Notes: generated by a model not told the origin, from the letters alone. 63,755 nt of DNA, filler included, from Octopus bimaculoides (GCF_001194135.2; 4 parts of 4 records of this genome joined end to end with filler, not necessarily neighbours in it); one strand, 5' to 3'. Shown: positions 1-11,776, counted from the first letter of the whole stretch. Numbers and translations: made by a program.

Positions 1-32
1 TACTGGCTTATTTGACATCAGATATTTTAATT

Positions 33-50
33 TCTCTCTCTCTTTCTCTC

Positions 51-86
<36 letters not shown>
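33..86. repeat. (CT)n microsatellite (others: (CA)n 1112-1146; (AC)n(AT)n 2591-2659; (CT)n 6497-6556 and 59296-59352; (GAT)/(GGT) 28735-28888; (ATT)n 49677-49720)
   Basis: Read directly. Confidence 0.9.
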
Positions 87-89
<3 letters not shown>

Positions 90-809
90 ATATTTCGCTT
101 TATGTACATGATGCCACTTTCTCATACTGTCACCAAAACAGACTGAATGTCCAGTGAGCTATGCCAAATCGTTTGCGCCCAAACTGCTGTACTCAATTGT
201 CTCGTTCTGGTAAAATTTATTTACCTGTCAAGTAATGAAGGTAGCAAGCTATCGGCTGATTCCTTCCTCTCAAACTTGCTGGCTTCTCAATGAGAAACTA
301 CTATCATTTAATTACTTAATGTACCAAATTAACTGTTGATTAAGGAAGTTAGTATCTAGTCTGGCATACCTACATAGTCGAGCCCCTCATCCGAATTTGT
401 TTCCTCATAACTTTCAGAAAATTGGATATTTTCTAATTAAGTTTTTTACAGATACCTTTCCGATAGGGCAGATTCCGAGTGTATCAGAATTTAATGTAGA
501 AAATAATTAGCGAGCGAGCACTCATATATACTAACGTACGTTATGTAACTACACACGCGAGCTGTTGGCGATTGCTTTTCATTCTTTGGACTTTTCCCTT
601 TCTCCTTTCCGACGATGAGTAATGCTCGAAACATCAAACTGTCACTTTTTATTGAGCGTCAAACTAATACATTCCTTGTGCACGTCCTCCTGTTGTCCGT
701 TAATTTTATTATTTGAATAGATTGGTTATTTGAATTGACTATTACGTAAATCGTCTAAAAGTCCATAAGTTAGGAAAAAGATGCACTTGTATATCTATCA
801 ATAGAGTGG

Positions 810-1105
810 GTATATTATCCGAAGTGTATAGTATTAAATATCCATCGCAGCTGATCTTACCAATCGGTTTCGTGCGAGAGTTACAATGGAGTGTTAGGTT
901 ACAATCCGTCTATATAACCCTACGCTCATCAGAGGTAGCCGATATGGAATGAAATGGGCCATCATATTTCATTCCATATCGGCTACCTCTGATGAGCGTA
1001 AGGTTATATAATTGAACTGTTAGCTAACACTCCGTTGTATCCCTAGCGCGAAAACGATTGATAAGATCAGCCGTGATGGATATATAATGCTGTATACTTC
1101 GGATA

Positions 1106-1110
<5 letters not shown>
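810..1110. mobile_element. About 300-bp palindromic MITE with a near-perfect central hairpin
   Basis: Outer arms about 810-900 and 1022-1110. Inner stem 911-955 pairs with 966-1010 (44/45 matches). Confidence 0.8.
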
Positions 1111-1146
<36 letters not shown>

Positions 1147-2588
1147 NNNNNNNNNNNNNNNNNNNNNNNNNNNNNNNNNNNNNNNNNNNNNNNNNNNNNN
1201 NNNNNNNNNNNNNNNNNNNNNNNNNNNNNNNNNNNNNNNNNNNNNNNNNNNNNNNNNNNNNNNNNNNNNNNNNNNNNNNNNNNNNNNNNNNNNNNNNNNN
1301 NNNNNNNNNNNNNNNNNNNNNNNNNNNNNNNNNNNNNNNNNNNNNNNNNNNNNNNNNNNNNNNNNNNNNNNNNNNNNNNNNNNNNNNNNNNNNNNNNNNN
1401 NNNNNNNNNNNNNNNNNNNNNNNNNNNNNNNNNNNNNNNNNNNNNNNNNNNNNNNNNNNNNNNNNNNNNNNNNNNNNNNNNNNNNNNNNNNNNNNNNNNN
1501 NNNNNNNNNNNNNNNNNNNNNNNNNNNNNNNNNNNNNNNNNNNNNNNNNNNNNNNNNNNNNNNNNNNNNNNNNNNNNNNNNNNNNNNNNNNNNNNNNNNN
1601 NNNNNNNNNNNNNNNNNNNNNNNNNNNNNNNNNNNNNNNNNNNNNNNNNNNNNNNNNNNNNNNNNNNNNNNNNNNNNNNNNNNNNNNNNNNNNNNNNNNN
1701 NNNNNNNNNNNNNNNNNNNNNNNNNNNNNNNNNNNNNNNNNNNNNNNNNNNNNNNNNNNNNNNNNNNNNNNNNNNNNNNNNNNNNNNNNNNNNNNNNNNN
1801 NNNNNNNNNNNNNNNNNNNNNNNNNNNNNGGGGGGGGGGCAAAATTTGAGAACCTCTGATCTAAATCAGCTGAAGGGTATTTGTAGAACATTTCACTAAA
1901 GATCTCTATTATTCTGTAAGTTATGGGGAAACTAAAATCGGTAGAGCACACCTACGTTGATATGCTTCTAGTCTAAGGCGAAACGTCGACACATTCCATC
2001 TCTATACGTTTCTGTAGTTATCCTTCGTTTTTGTATCTGGTTTGTAAGATTCCTTCTGTGAATTGGTATGCTGAAAGGAATTTTCGTTTGCGACGACGAA
2101 AAAGATTTCTGGAACAGATAGAAGGAATAAATAAATGAATGAAAATTGAACTGGCGCGTGTGTTATATTAGGGCACTTTGACCCTCCCCAGGCACAATGA
2201 AGTTATCCTTCTTTCTCCGGTAATTCTAAACATTCGTTTTAGAAATATAACACCTGTTTATTAAAATAGGCAAAAAGTAGGTACCTTTGCAGGGTTATTT
2301 TTTGATTTCATTTAGGGTGTTGATTGAACCCTAAGGTGTCATCAACGTTTCTTAAATTGTTAGTAAACATATTTTCATATTCCTCTTGATTTGTTGTCGA
2401 GAACAAAACAGTTTTGTTTTAAATTAACAAAGTTTGTTTCTAAATATAATGGAGTGACACATTATTTAGTACATTTGTCAAGGAATTAACAAAAAAATCT
2501 TCATCCCTTTCTATTACACTTTCTGTTCTGTATAATGGTTAAAGAGCAACGGTCTAGGTCCAGAACTTTTGAAGGGTCAGATTATGTG

Positions 2589-2660
<72 letters not shown>

Positions 2661-3159
2661 GCACACTGATAAACACAGACTCACACACACCACATCCACA
2701 CCTGCACACACAAACACGCACCACTTCACCCACACATCCACATTTACACACGCATATCTACAGTCACACACACACGCACACAATGATACTGGAAAACGAA
2801 GGAAGGTGAAGTTCATTGATCTCATTAAATTTCGGGGAGTGACGTAAATAGGCGAGGAAATACTATTGAAACGGGCCGAGTGCCAGAAAGAAGAAGAAAT
2901 GATTGTAGAGAGAAGAAAGAAGAGTGAACTATGTGTGAGATGTAGAAGAAATAACAACAGAATGTGGACAACATACAAATACAGACGTGTACGTAGGTTG
3001 TAGTTTACATGCTTTTAACGCCTGTTCATTGTTTGTGATAGAAGAGAACACATGTAAGAGAGAACAGCCACAGTTGAAGGTGGTTTAGATACGAATGCAG
3101 TGGAACCGTAGAGTATTTTGAATAACGGTTTGCTTTTGAACAGGTGAAGATGCGTGGTC

Positions 3160-3275
3160 AAAATCGCACGATGGAGGTCTCGATTTCCGGGCCGGGCGAT
3201 GTGTTGCGTTCTTGAACAAAACACTTCATTTCACGTTGCTGTAGTCCATCCATCTGTAAACGAATAACCCTAGGA
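3160..3275 (+). mobile_element. CORE-like SINE fragment (others at about 9150-9270 minus and 20630-20750 plus)
   Basis: gttcttgaacaaaacacttcatttcacgttgct, resembling the CORE domain (cttgggcaagacactt). Confidence 0.5.
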
Positions 3276-3567
3276 TCTTTCTGATTTGGTGGACACCACT
3301 TGTTTTCTTAACGAAACACTTTCAAACTTGGGATACTGGTAGAATGTGTCATATAAAACATCTTTTACTCTTAGTGTTGTAGAGAAAAATTTATATTTTT
3401 AAAGTTAACAAACTAGCGTCACAGTTACAGAGAATTTCGTGATCTCGGACACTTGTACGCCTTGGAAACCGTGTAACCGACCCTATGAGTTCTCAGGCTC
3501 AAGACAGCACTTTACTTTTGAGCAGGAATAAAGCGCTAATAATTAGGAGATGCGGGAAAAAAAAACG

Positions 3568-5000
3568 AAGAGCCGACAGAATCGTTAGCATGTCGGACAA
3601 AACTGTATAGTAGTATTTGCTTTTAGCCCTTTACGTTCTGAGTTCAAATTCCGCTAAAGTTAACTTTGGCTTTCGTCCTTTCGGGGTCCGAAAAATAAGC
3701 ACCAGTTGAATGCAGTCAACAGTCCCCAACTTCCCCTCAAAACAGCAGGCCTTGTATCAAAATTAGAAAGATTTTAGAAATGCTGAAATATGATTCTGTG
3801 ATATCCATGCGTTTTTCTGAAATAGCATTCCACCAAACCACATTATTATAAAAGTTATTGATTAAAGTTCAAGGCCAGTAATTTTCTTTTGGGGACACGG
3901 GTAGTTGATTACAAGGACTCCAGTACTTGAATGGTGTTTTATTTTATCGATTACGAGAGGGATGAAAAGCACAGTTGGCCTCTGCGAGATTTTAAACTCA
4001 GAACGTTAAGAATCGCAACAAATTCTGCAAAGTATTTATTTTTATGCAATAACAAATCTCTGAGCGAGACGTAAACAGTAGCAGCCCGGAATAGTGAAGT
4101 ATATTTGCCCCCTAAATGTGGCAGACCCAAAGAGGACGATGTTACTGTTGTTCATAGCCCCGGGAAGACATCTCCAGCCGACAGTGTGTCATTAGCCACC
4201 TGGAGGAGATGTCTTCCTGGGGCTATAAACATCAGTAGCATCGTCCCCTATGGGTCAGCCACATTTAGGGAGCAAATATACTTCACGATATTTATTTTTA
4301 TATACTCTAAAACTTCTGCCATCTCGTCACCTTTCTAATTTTTGATTGAGGCACAAAACCAGTAATTTTTAAGGGAGGAGGTTAGTCAATTAATTCAACT
4401 CCACTGGTACTCTATTTTATCAGCTCCAGGGGTATGAAAGGCAAAATAAACTTTGGTGCGATTTGAACTCAGTGTAAAAATTCGAAACAAATATTGCAAA
4501 GTATTTTACCTGACGCTCTAATGATTCTGCCAGCCGTTAGTGTAGCTAAAGTGTGTGCCGCCCGGGGCAGCCCTTCTGATTGTCGCCTCCAGACCCCACA
4601 AAAAGCACATGTTGCCTACAGTAGGCCCAAAAGTGCCATCTTGAATTACTTTCTAATAACGGCACAAGACCAGCAATTTTGTGGGCTGGAGTAAATCGAT
4701 TACATCGACCTCAGTCCTCAACTGGTACTTATTTTATCGACCACAAAAGGATAAAAGGCAAAGTCGACTTCGGCGGAGTTTGAACTCAGAATGTAGCGAC
4801 AGACGAAAATGCAGCGTGCTAACCATTCTGCCAGAACGCCGCCTTAAAACGATAATCGCTGGAATATGAACACAAGGCCTCAAGATTTGGGGGTAGGGGC
4901 ATATAAGATTATTTTGCCCCCTGTAGCAAACAGGTTTTACCAAAACTGGAAAGATGAAAGGCATCGTTAACCTCAATAGGATTTGAACTAAAAACCAGAG
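3568..5000. mobile_element. Cluster of about 5 tRNA-derived SINEs (family A, core gcctttcatcctttcggggtcgataaa..aagtaccagtt)
   Basis: Copies at about 3568-3770 (+), 3870-4075, 4350-4535, 4650-4845 and 4870-5000 (-). B-box-like gagttcaaattcc. The core resembles the recalled Deu/Nin SINE domain. Confidence 0.75.
4094..4286. mobile_element. 193-bp palindromic MITE
   Basis: gtgaagtatatttgc...gcaaatatacttcac with about 85-bp arms. Shares its terminal motif with 7983-9017. Confidence 0.75.
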
Positions 5001-5159
5001 AAACGTAATAAAAATAAACGTAAGATCGCAATTCCCCAACTTATTTTGGCGCAGAACCTTTCAAAAATTATATTGCAAAATTTTTTGTCAGGGAACAACA
5101 AGTTGCAGTATCGAGCGACGAAAATTTTGACCCTATATTACAAATAAATGTTTAAGTGA

Positions 5160-5945
5160 AGAAGGCATACTTACACGAGGGAGTTGCCCCCCACCCCGAA
5201 CTTTGTTTCCTGATAACTTCCTGAAAATGGATATTTTTTTAATGAAATTGTCTACAAATATGCTTCAGATGGTGTATATTCCGATTATATTGAAATTTGG
5301 GAAAATATTTTTCCGTGGGTGGGGAGAGGTTTTCCGGAAAATTCACACGAGTCAACTTTGTTTCCTCATAACTTTAAGAACAATGGATATTTTTTAACGA
5401 AATTTTCTTCAAATACCTTTCAGATGGTGTAGACTACGATTATATTGGAATTTAATATGAAACACACAGAGAAAAAAAAAGGTTGGCTTGTACCCTTATA
5501 TACTGACACACATCTCAGATATCGGATCATTGTGGTTTTCGTTACTGTTTACAATTATCTTTAGAAAATTTTTTTAATGTTTTATATTGATGTAATTTTT
5601 GACGCTGAATCCGAATTTGTTATTCATTTATTCCAGAAAAATTTAGCAAAAATGTTACAGGTGTTCAAAGTTTGATAATTTTCCGAAATTCTGGTATAAT
5701 TCTAATCTACAACAGTTTACGAGGTATTTGTAGAAAATTTCTTTAAAAATACCCATTTTTCTGTAAGTTATAAGGAAACAAAGCCAACTCGTGTGAATTT
5801 TCCGAAACTCCTCTCCCCACTCCTGGATAAAATCTTTCACAATAATTTCGGATATAATCGGAATCTACACTATCCGAAGCATATTTGTAGAAAATTTCAT
5901 TAAAAAATTTCATTTCTGGATGTTATGAGGAAATAAAGTTAGGTG
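5160..5945. mobile_element. Foldback element with about 270-bp arms, each built from two subterminal repeats
   Basis: Two tandem left-arm units (about 5190-5300 and 5345-5460) are mirrored by two right-arm units (about 5686-5805 and 5850-5940). Confidence 0.7.
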
Positions 5946-6496
5946 AGGAGGCACAGGTTTGCTGTGAAGTTGGCGGTCTTACTGTTTTTCTGGATAACTA
6001 ACTTCTGTCTTCCATGCTGCAATAGCTTTCGTTTTTCAAATCAAAACACTTGCTATGCTAGTTATATTTCCATAATAACTTTATACAGTTTTTCAGAATA
6101 TCGTGAAACGCTCTCCTATATTTCACGGACAACAACTGTCGATCTACTTTTGATAAAAACATTAAATGAAATTAGAATAGTTTTGGAGAGAAAAATTAGT
6201 ATGTGTATTAACACATTACTTTCGAAATGGTGAATAATATTTGTTTTATAAATTCGATCTAACAAAAGTTTTACTAAAGACACATTTTCTTGCCGAATCC
6301 TGGAATTCTTTTTACGGGCCCCATATTGAGAAACAGTATCAATAGGCATTTGACCAATGCTCTATCATTTCTTTCAATCCACCACTCATAACAATGTTAA
6401 CAACTACAATAAGTCTTCGAACAAAGTAAAGGAACGCTTTAAAATTTCTCATGTTTTAATAACGGAAACAAGGCACTCATCTTGCCTCTCTTCAAT

Positions 6497-6541
<45 letters not shown>

Positions 6542-6629
6542 TTCTCTCTCTCTCTTTATTACAAAGCGTGACTGGAGCAATCAGTCAACCAACCAACCAA
6601 CATTTATTGCAACTATTATTACATAAAGA

Positions 6630-7130
6630 ATCGCTAGCACACTGGATGAAAGACATAGCAGCATTACGTATGTCTTTACGTTTTGAGTTTAAATTCTATC
6701 GATATTGACTTAGCCTTTCATCCTTTAGGAATCGATAAAATAAGTACCAGTTGATCACTGGGGGTCGATGTAATCGACTTACTTGCACCTCCCAAAGTTG
6801 CTAGCCTTGTGCCAAAATTTGAAACCATTAGTATATAAAGATTTATTTCGTTTAAGCTGCAGGTCTCTCTCGAAAAAAATTTGACGTCGAGATTAAATAT
6901 CAAAGTATAACTTTTTTTTTTACGACCATTAATATATCGTTTCTACTATAGACACAAGGCCTAAAATTTGGGGAGCTGAGGTTCAGTGGATTACATCGAC
7001 CCCAGTAATCAACTGGTACTTATTTTATTGACTACAAAACGATGTAATACTAAGTCAACCTCGGCAGAATTTGAAATCAGAGAGTAAAGACGGACGAAAT
7101 GCCGCTAACAATTCTGACAGCTCGCCGCCT
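6630..7130. mobile_element. Two family A SINEs in opposite orientation
   Basis: About 6630-6835 (+) and 6945-7130 (-). Confidence 0.7.
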
Positions 7131-7982
7131 AACCACCATCAATATATAAAATTGATTTCTTAAAAAGAAACAAGGTCAATGTTGGAGTAAATGTCAATAG
7201 AATGGAGGTCACTGACTGCCATGAACTCATTTAGGGATCTCTGTGTAATAAAAGACGACAAAAAAAGATCGACGCTGGCGGTTTTCATATCCGAAACTAG
7301 AAAGAGGGAACTTATAACCGCCAAACGCTCAGTCCAGCGCTTTACAGTCCCTCGGCCAACTCGCTGCCCTACTTACGAGTATTGATTCCTTCTATTGATA
7401 TTTACAAGAGAGATTCGTCGGCGATATATTGGGTCGATTAAATTGACATTAGTATATATCTGGTACTTATTTTAAGTCAGCTCTTGTGAAATTTGATCGC
7501 AGATCTCAGAAGAACAAAGCTAAATACTGCAACAATACCCTACCATCGTCTTTGTGAGATTTGTAACATTGATTCGTGACACTGGGACAGGGCGTCGGGT
7601 TTGGGGGTGAGTATCGCCAAGTAAATCCATCACACAATACTGTAATTATTTAACACTATTTTGTGATCAATAATGTCGCTCATTTCAGGTTTTCAATGAA
7701 CTAATCGGTTAAAATGACCGACACGTGTTTCTGCTGCATAGAGAATATGCAGTTGCATATACTACCCGCAGTATACCGGGACTATACCTGAGAGCTCCTA
7801 CGGTACCTGCCTCGATAATTTATCCCTAGATACTCATCGCATTATATGCATATATATATATATATATATANNNNNNNNNNNNNNNNNNNNNNNNNNNNNN
7901 NNATATACACACACATATGTGTAGAGGAAAACAATTAGTTTTAAATCACTGAGCGAGAAATATGTAGTAACCGTACTGGATA

Positions 7983-9017
7983 GTAAAGTCTATTTGCCAA
8001 CGTAAAGTGGCAGTCCTGCTTAGGACGATGTTACTACCGTTTAACCCCAGGCAAACATCTTTTCCAGTTGGCAACCAACACATCATTTGTGTCCGTATAC
8101 TGTGAGCAAGGGTGCTGACAATCCCCCCTTCAGCCTTACCGATACATGCAGACCAATGGTTTCTGGGTTACTTCTCTTCCTTGGTGCAGGGCAATCTCTG
8201 ACTAGAAATGGTAGCGACTTCACTTTCCAGTATTGTTACTACATATTTCTCGCTCAGAGATTTAAAACTAATTGCTTTTCTTTCTACGAGATCAATGACT
8301 GTGTGTCACTTTAAAAGTATATACTGTGAGAGAGGTGAGTCGCTACCATCTCTAGCCAGCGACTGTCCTGCGCCGAGGAAGGGAAATAACCCAGAAACCA
8401 TTGGTCTGCATGTATCGCTTAAGGCTGAAAGTGGGGGAGCATTAGCTACCTTGCTCACAGTATACGGACACAAATGAAGTGTCGATAGCCAACTGGAAGA
8501 AATGTTTGCCTGGGGCTAAACGGTAGTGTAGTAACGCCGTGCGCATGCGTAGTCTCACGCATGCGTGGAATTAAACAAGCAAGCGTTCCCGCTTCTATTC
8601 TATCTCTTTCTCGGTCGGCCGGCCATGAGCATGGACGTGTCAAGCAGTGTCTCCAACATTCCAGCCTGGAGACAGTCTCTTTCTTGCTGGCCAGCAATAG
8701 AGCATGGACGTGTTTAGCTGTCACTCTCCATCTTTCGGACTTACACTCGACAGCTCGCTTACATCTACATACCAACGTCCTAACAACCATGCTCACACAC
8801 ACAGAAGCTGTAATAACAAACAAGAGCTAAAGATGTATATATTTACCACCTGAATAAATGTTGTTTAAGTTGATAGTCTGGAGTTCAGCGTTCCGTTATA
8901 TTTATAATTTTATATAGGAAAGTCAGGTATACATCTAATGATGTATAACCAACTTTCCTATAGTAGTAACATCGTCCTAAGCAGGACTGCTACTTTACGT
9001 TGGCAAATAGACTTTAC
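7983..9017. mobile_element. Foldback MITE with about 250-bp arms, right arm interrupted by a nested insertion
   Basis: gtaaagtctatttgccaacgtaaagt...actttacgttggcaaatagactttac; the arms 7983-8230 are mirrored at 8330-8526 plus 8963-9017. Confidence 0.8.
8527..8962 (+). mobile_element. 436-bp nested insertion, putative solo LTR
   Basis: TGTAG...CTATA termini, 4-bp TSD GTAG, internal AATAAA. A second partial copy at 29641-29858 ends at the same base. Confidence 0.6.
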
Positions 9018-9296
9018 CACACACATGATATATTATATATTATATTACTCACTGCATTGACATGACTCACAGTTGTGGTTATACGCTGCTGGTCACAACA
9101 TGCTTCCTCGCATTCCACTCTCATACCCTGGTGGTAGTCCGTTGCATAGTAACCCATTTATACCTGAGTAGACTGGAGTAACGTTTGAAGTGTTTTCCTC
9201 AAGAACACAACGCACTGACGGTCTGAGAATTGAAATAACGATCCTAACCACTAGACCATGCGCGTTTCTATGTATGGATGTATGTATGTATGCATG

Positions 9297-10110
9297 ATTT
9301 TTCTTTGAGTTTTATCCAAGCTCTTTTTAAGAGAGTTCAAGCTGGTCGCTAACAAAATGACAACACTTTTCGAGGTAAAAAAAAAAAGTTACCAATTTTT
9401 GTAAATACGTAGTTGAGTTTGTGCGTTGGTTGAACTAACGATTCATACATTCAAGCGCGTGCATCTATTCACTTAAAGAATCTCAGAGGGAGAATCTTTG
9501 GAATGTCTCACAGATCTTCACTGTGTCGCTAATAAATTGGACCTGGAGAATCCGCGTCAGATTCTTTTGCTCTATTTCTGTGAAACCGAGTATTTCTAAG
9601 TTTTTGTATGCAAATTTCTTAGTACATAACCTAATGCACCAATGATGATAGGTACAAATAAGAATTCATAGTCAGGGTACAAGAGCCGTAAGTTCTGCAT
9701 TTATTCACCACAAATGTTCTCTTTTTCCTGGACCTTTGATTGTACATTCACATCCGTTTACGACAGCTGACCTCTACAGCAGTTCAGGTTCCCTGTCCCA
9801 CAGAACATTACGGGGTCTGTTATGTCTTCACCGAATTGATGTTTTAATTAGGCTGTTCCACCAATATTCCTTGTTTTTAAAGGTGTGAATACCTGTTGGT
9901 TCTGATATACCTTTGATGTATCCGTCAGGGCAATCCTTCCTACGGGTGGCATTATAAATAGTCTTTACAAGTATTTACTAGCTGTCCCTTGTTCCTGGCT
10001 AGCAAAGGCATATCCTTCTAGGTGATATGTAATGTATCTATCGCGGGTCCAGGAGAAGCCATTCTTCCTATCGACGCTGTTGTCCTCTGGCTTACAGAAT
10101 ATGTACTCAT
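9297..10110 (-). mobile_element. Second, degenerate copy of the same REL-LINE family with an internal deletion
   Basis: Minus-strand translation pieces FSWTRDRYITYHLEGYAFASQEQ, KEYWWNSLIKTSI, LYPDYEFLFVPIIIGALGYV and VKICETFQRF parallel the 52-kb copy. The knuckle/RHD segment is absent. (CATA)n tail at 9271-9296. Confidence 0.8.
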
Positions 10111-10549
10111 GCATTGTGTGTGCGTGCAGGGTATGTGGGGTGTGCGTGCGGGATATGCGGGGTGTGCGTGCGGGGCGTGAATGTATGTAACAGTAGTATG
10201 GTGGTATATCCATTAATCCTAATCTCAATTTCCGATTTAAATTTAAATACTTTTTTTAGAAATAAATAAATAATACAATTCTGAATATTTCGTGTTCAAA
10301 ACATGAAAATCTGAAGACTGTTTAAAGACAGAACGGTATAATGACAAATTTAGCGAATGGGTTTGTGTAGCGTTCAAAAATCCATTATAAAACGAATAAT
10401 TGTCGCTTTTTATTTCCTTCGGGTTCGGTTTATTATTTCTAGAAAGTAGGAGTCTACGACCCTAAGGTCGTTAATTCTACAGATCTTTCACAAGTTTGAG
10501 GTTTGTAGGGAAATTAATTCATATAAAATATCGCCTTGATAGTGAAAAG

Positions 10550-11170
10550 TGTGTCCCACCCCAATTTTATTTCCTCATAACTTTCCGGAAAATGGATATT
10601 TTAAAATGAATTTTTCTACAAATACTTTTCAGGTGGTGTAGACTGCGATTCTATCGAAATTTAATGTAACAGGGAGAGGGGGAGCGCTAGCCGCGCACAC
10701 ATACATAGTGATACACAACATTCTCTTCTGTAGATATAAATGTGATGTTTGTCAGTATATGTTTGCAACCGACAATTTCTTTCACATTAAATTCTGGGTA
10801 CTACTAAAGCAGCGCGGACCCGAACGCGCAGTCGCGCGTCCGCGCTAGCTAGTCTTGAGTGGTCGATCTTAACCCTAACCCTATCCCTAACCCTAACCCT
10901 AACCCTGTCCCTAACCCTAACCCTATCCCTAACCCGCGTGTGCAAATGAATACGTGTTTAGGGTTAGGGTTAGGGTTAGGATCGACCACTCACGACTAGC
11001 TAGCGCGGACGCGTGACTGCGCGACTGCGCGTTCGGGTCCGCACTGCTTTAGTAGTACCAAATTCTGGTATAATCGTAATCTACACCATTTGAAAAAGTA
11101 TTTAAAGAAATTTTCACTTCAGAAATATTCAGTTTTCTGAAAGTTAAAAAATAAACAAAGTTGATGGGGA
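10550..11170. mobile_element. Host foldback MITE (family also at about 356-520, 1830-1950 and 5160-5945), interrupted by the telomeric MITE
   Basis: Arms read tttcctcataactttccggaaaatggatattt..tacaaatac..gtgtagact and their reverse complement. Confidence 0.7.
10797..11059. mobile_element. 263-bp MITE with about 72-80-bp TIRs, 8-bp TSD and internal telomeric repeats (Merlin-like)
   Basis: Ends are GGTACTACTAAAGCAG...CTGCTTTAGTAGTACC. TSD AAATTCTG at 10789-10796 and 11060-11067. Confidence 0.88.
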
Positions 11171-11503
11171 CACGTTTGTTTAGGTATATCGTGAAAAGGG
11201 ACAACTCTTGAAATAATTATCACCTCCTGATGGGGAAAAAAGACACGAATTTGGAAGGGTTTATTCTTCTTCATTTTATAATATTCCCGTGTTTCATTCA
11301 ACGGGAATTACCATTCTGATAGAACTTTTTTCCTCAAAATTTTCAATTCTTAAAAATGTTTGCCTATCAAATCCAGGTTCTTTCCCTTCTCCATAAGGTA
11401 TTAATGACTATTCCGAAATTCCCCCACGAAAGACTTTACATTTGCTTGTATAAACCAACAAAGACAGAGAATATAAAGCATAAAAATGAAAGACTGGAAT
11501 CGA

Positions 11504-11552
11504 ACCGGAAGTAGAATAACTTAACAGGAAGTAAAAGAAAGTAACCGGAAGT
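11504..11552 (+). promoter_or_regulatory. Cluster of three ETS/GABP-type sites in the ERI3 proximal promoter
   Basis: CCGGAAGT at 11505, CAGGAAGT at 11525 and CCGGAAGT at 11545, 80-130 nt upstream of the ATG. Confidence 0.6.
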
Positions 11553-11632
11553 AGTACTAAGCTCCATTTGTATACAAATGTTATTCGTTTCCTGTTGAAA
11601 GCCAAACTTTCTTGGGAAACTAATTCCGTAAT

Positions 11633-11776
11633 ATGTCTGCAGCACATCGAAATGCTCTCAAGCGAAGTGTGTTCATGGCGAAAAACATAAAATCGGTTCG
11701 ATCTGTAACCTTCGATTATTTTTTGATTCTTGACTTTGAAGCTACATGTGACAACACAAGAAAAATGCATCCCCAG
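11633..11776 (+). CDS. ERI3: ERI3 exon 1 (MSAAHRN...LILDFEATCDNTRKMHPQ)
   Basis: ATG at 11633 with an in-frame TAA upstream at 11621. Contains the ExoI motif LDFE. Donor GTAACC at 11777. Confidence 0.88.

Noticed and set aside
609-635. Second hammerhead-like motif (CCGACGA-TGAG..CTC-GAAAC-ATC) in a Penelope-end-like repeat
   Set aside because: The core is degenerate, there is no AACGTT/GTC palindrome and no clear helix I. At best a decayed remnant.
1024-1951. Long ORFs of 270-450 aa in the ORF track (also 14698-15198, 20834-22210, 33643-34539 and 61714-62338)
   Set aside because: They are open only because they run through N gaps or simple repeats.
11309-11410. Minus-strand open frame (SLIPYGEGKEPGFDRQTFLRIENFEEKSSIRM) with a GT donor, as a divergent gene from the ERI3 promoter
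   Set aside because: No start codon in frame, no polypyrimidine tract, and no recognisable family or downstream exon.
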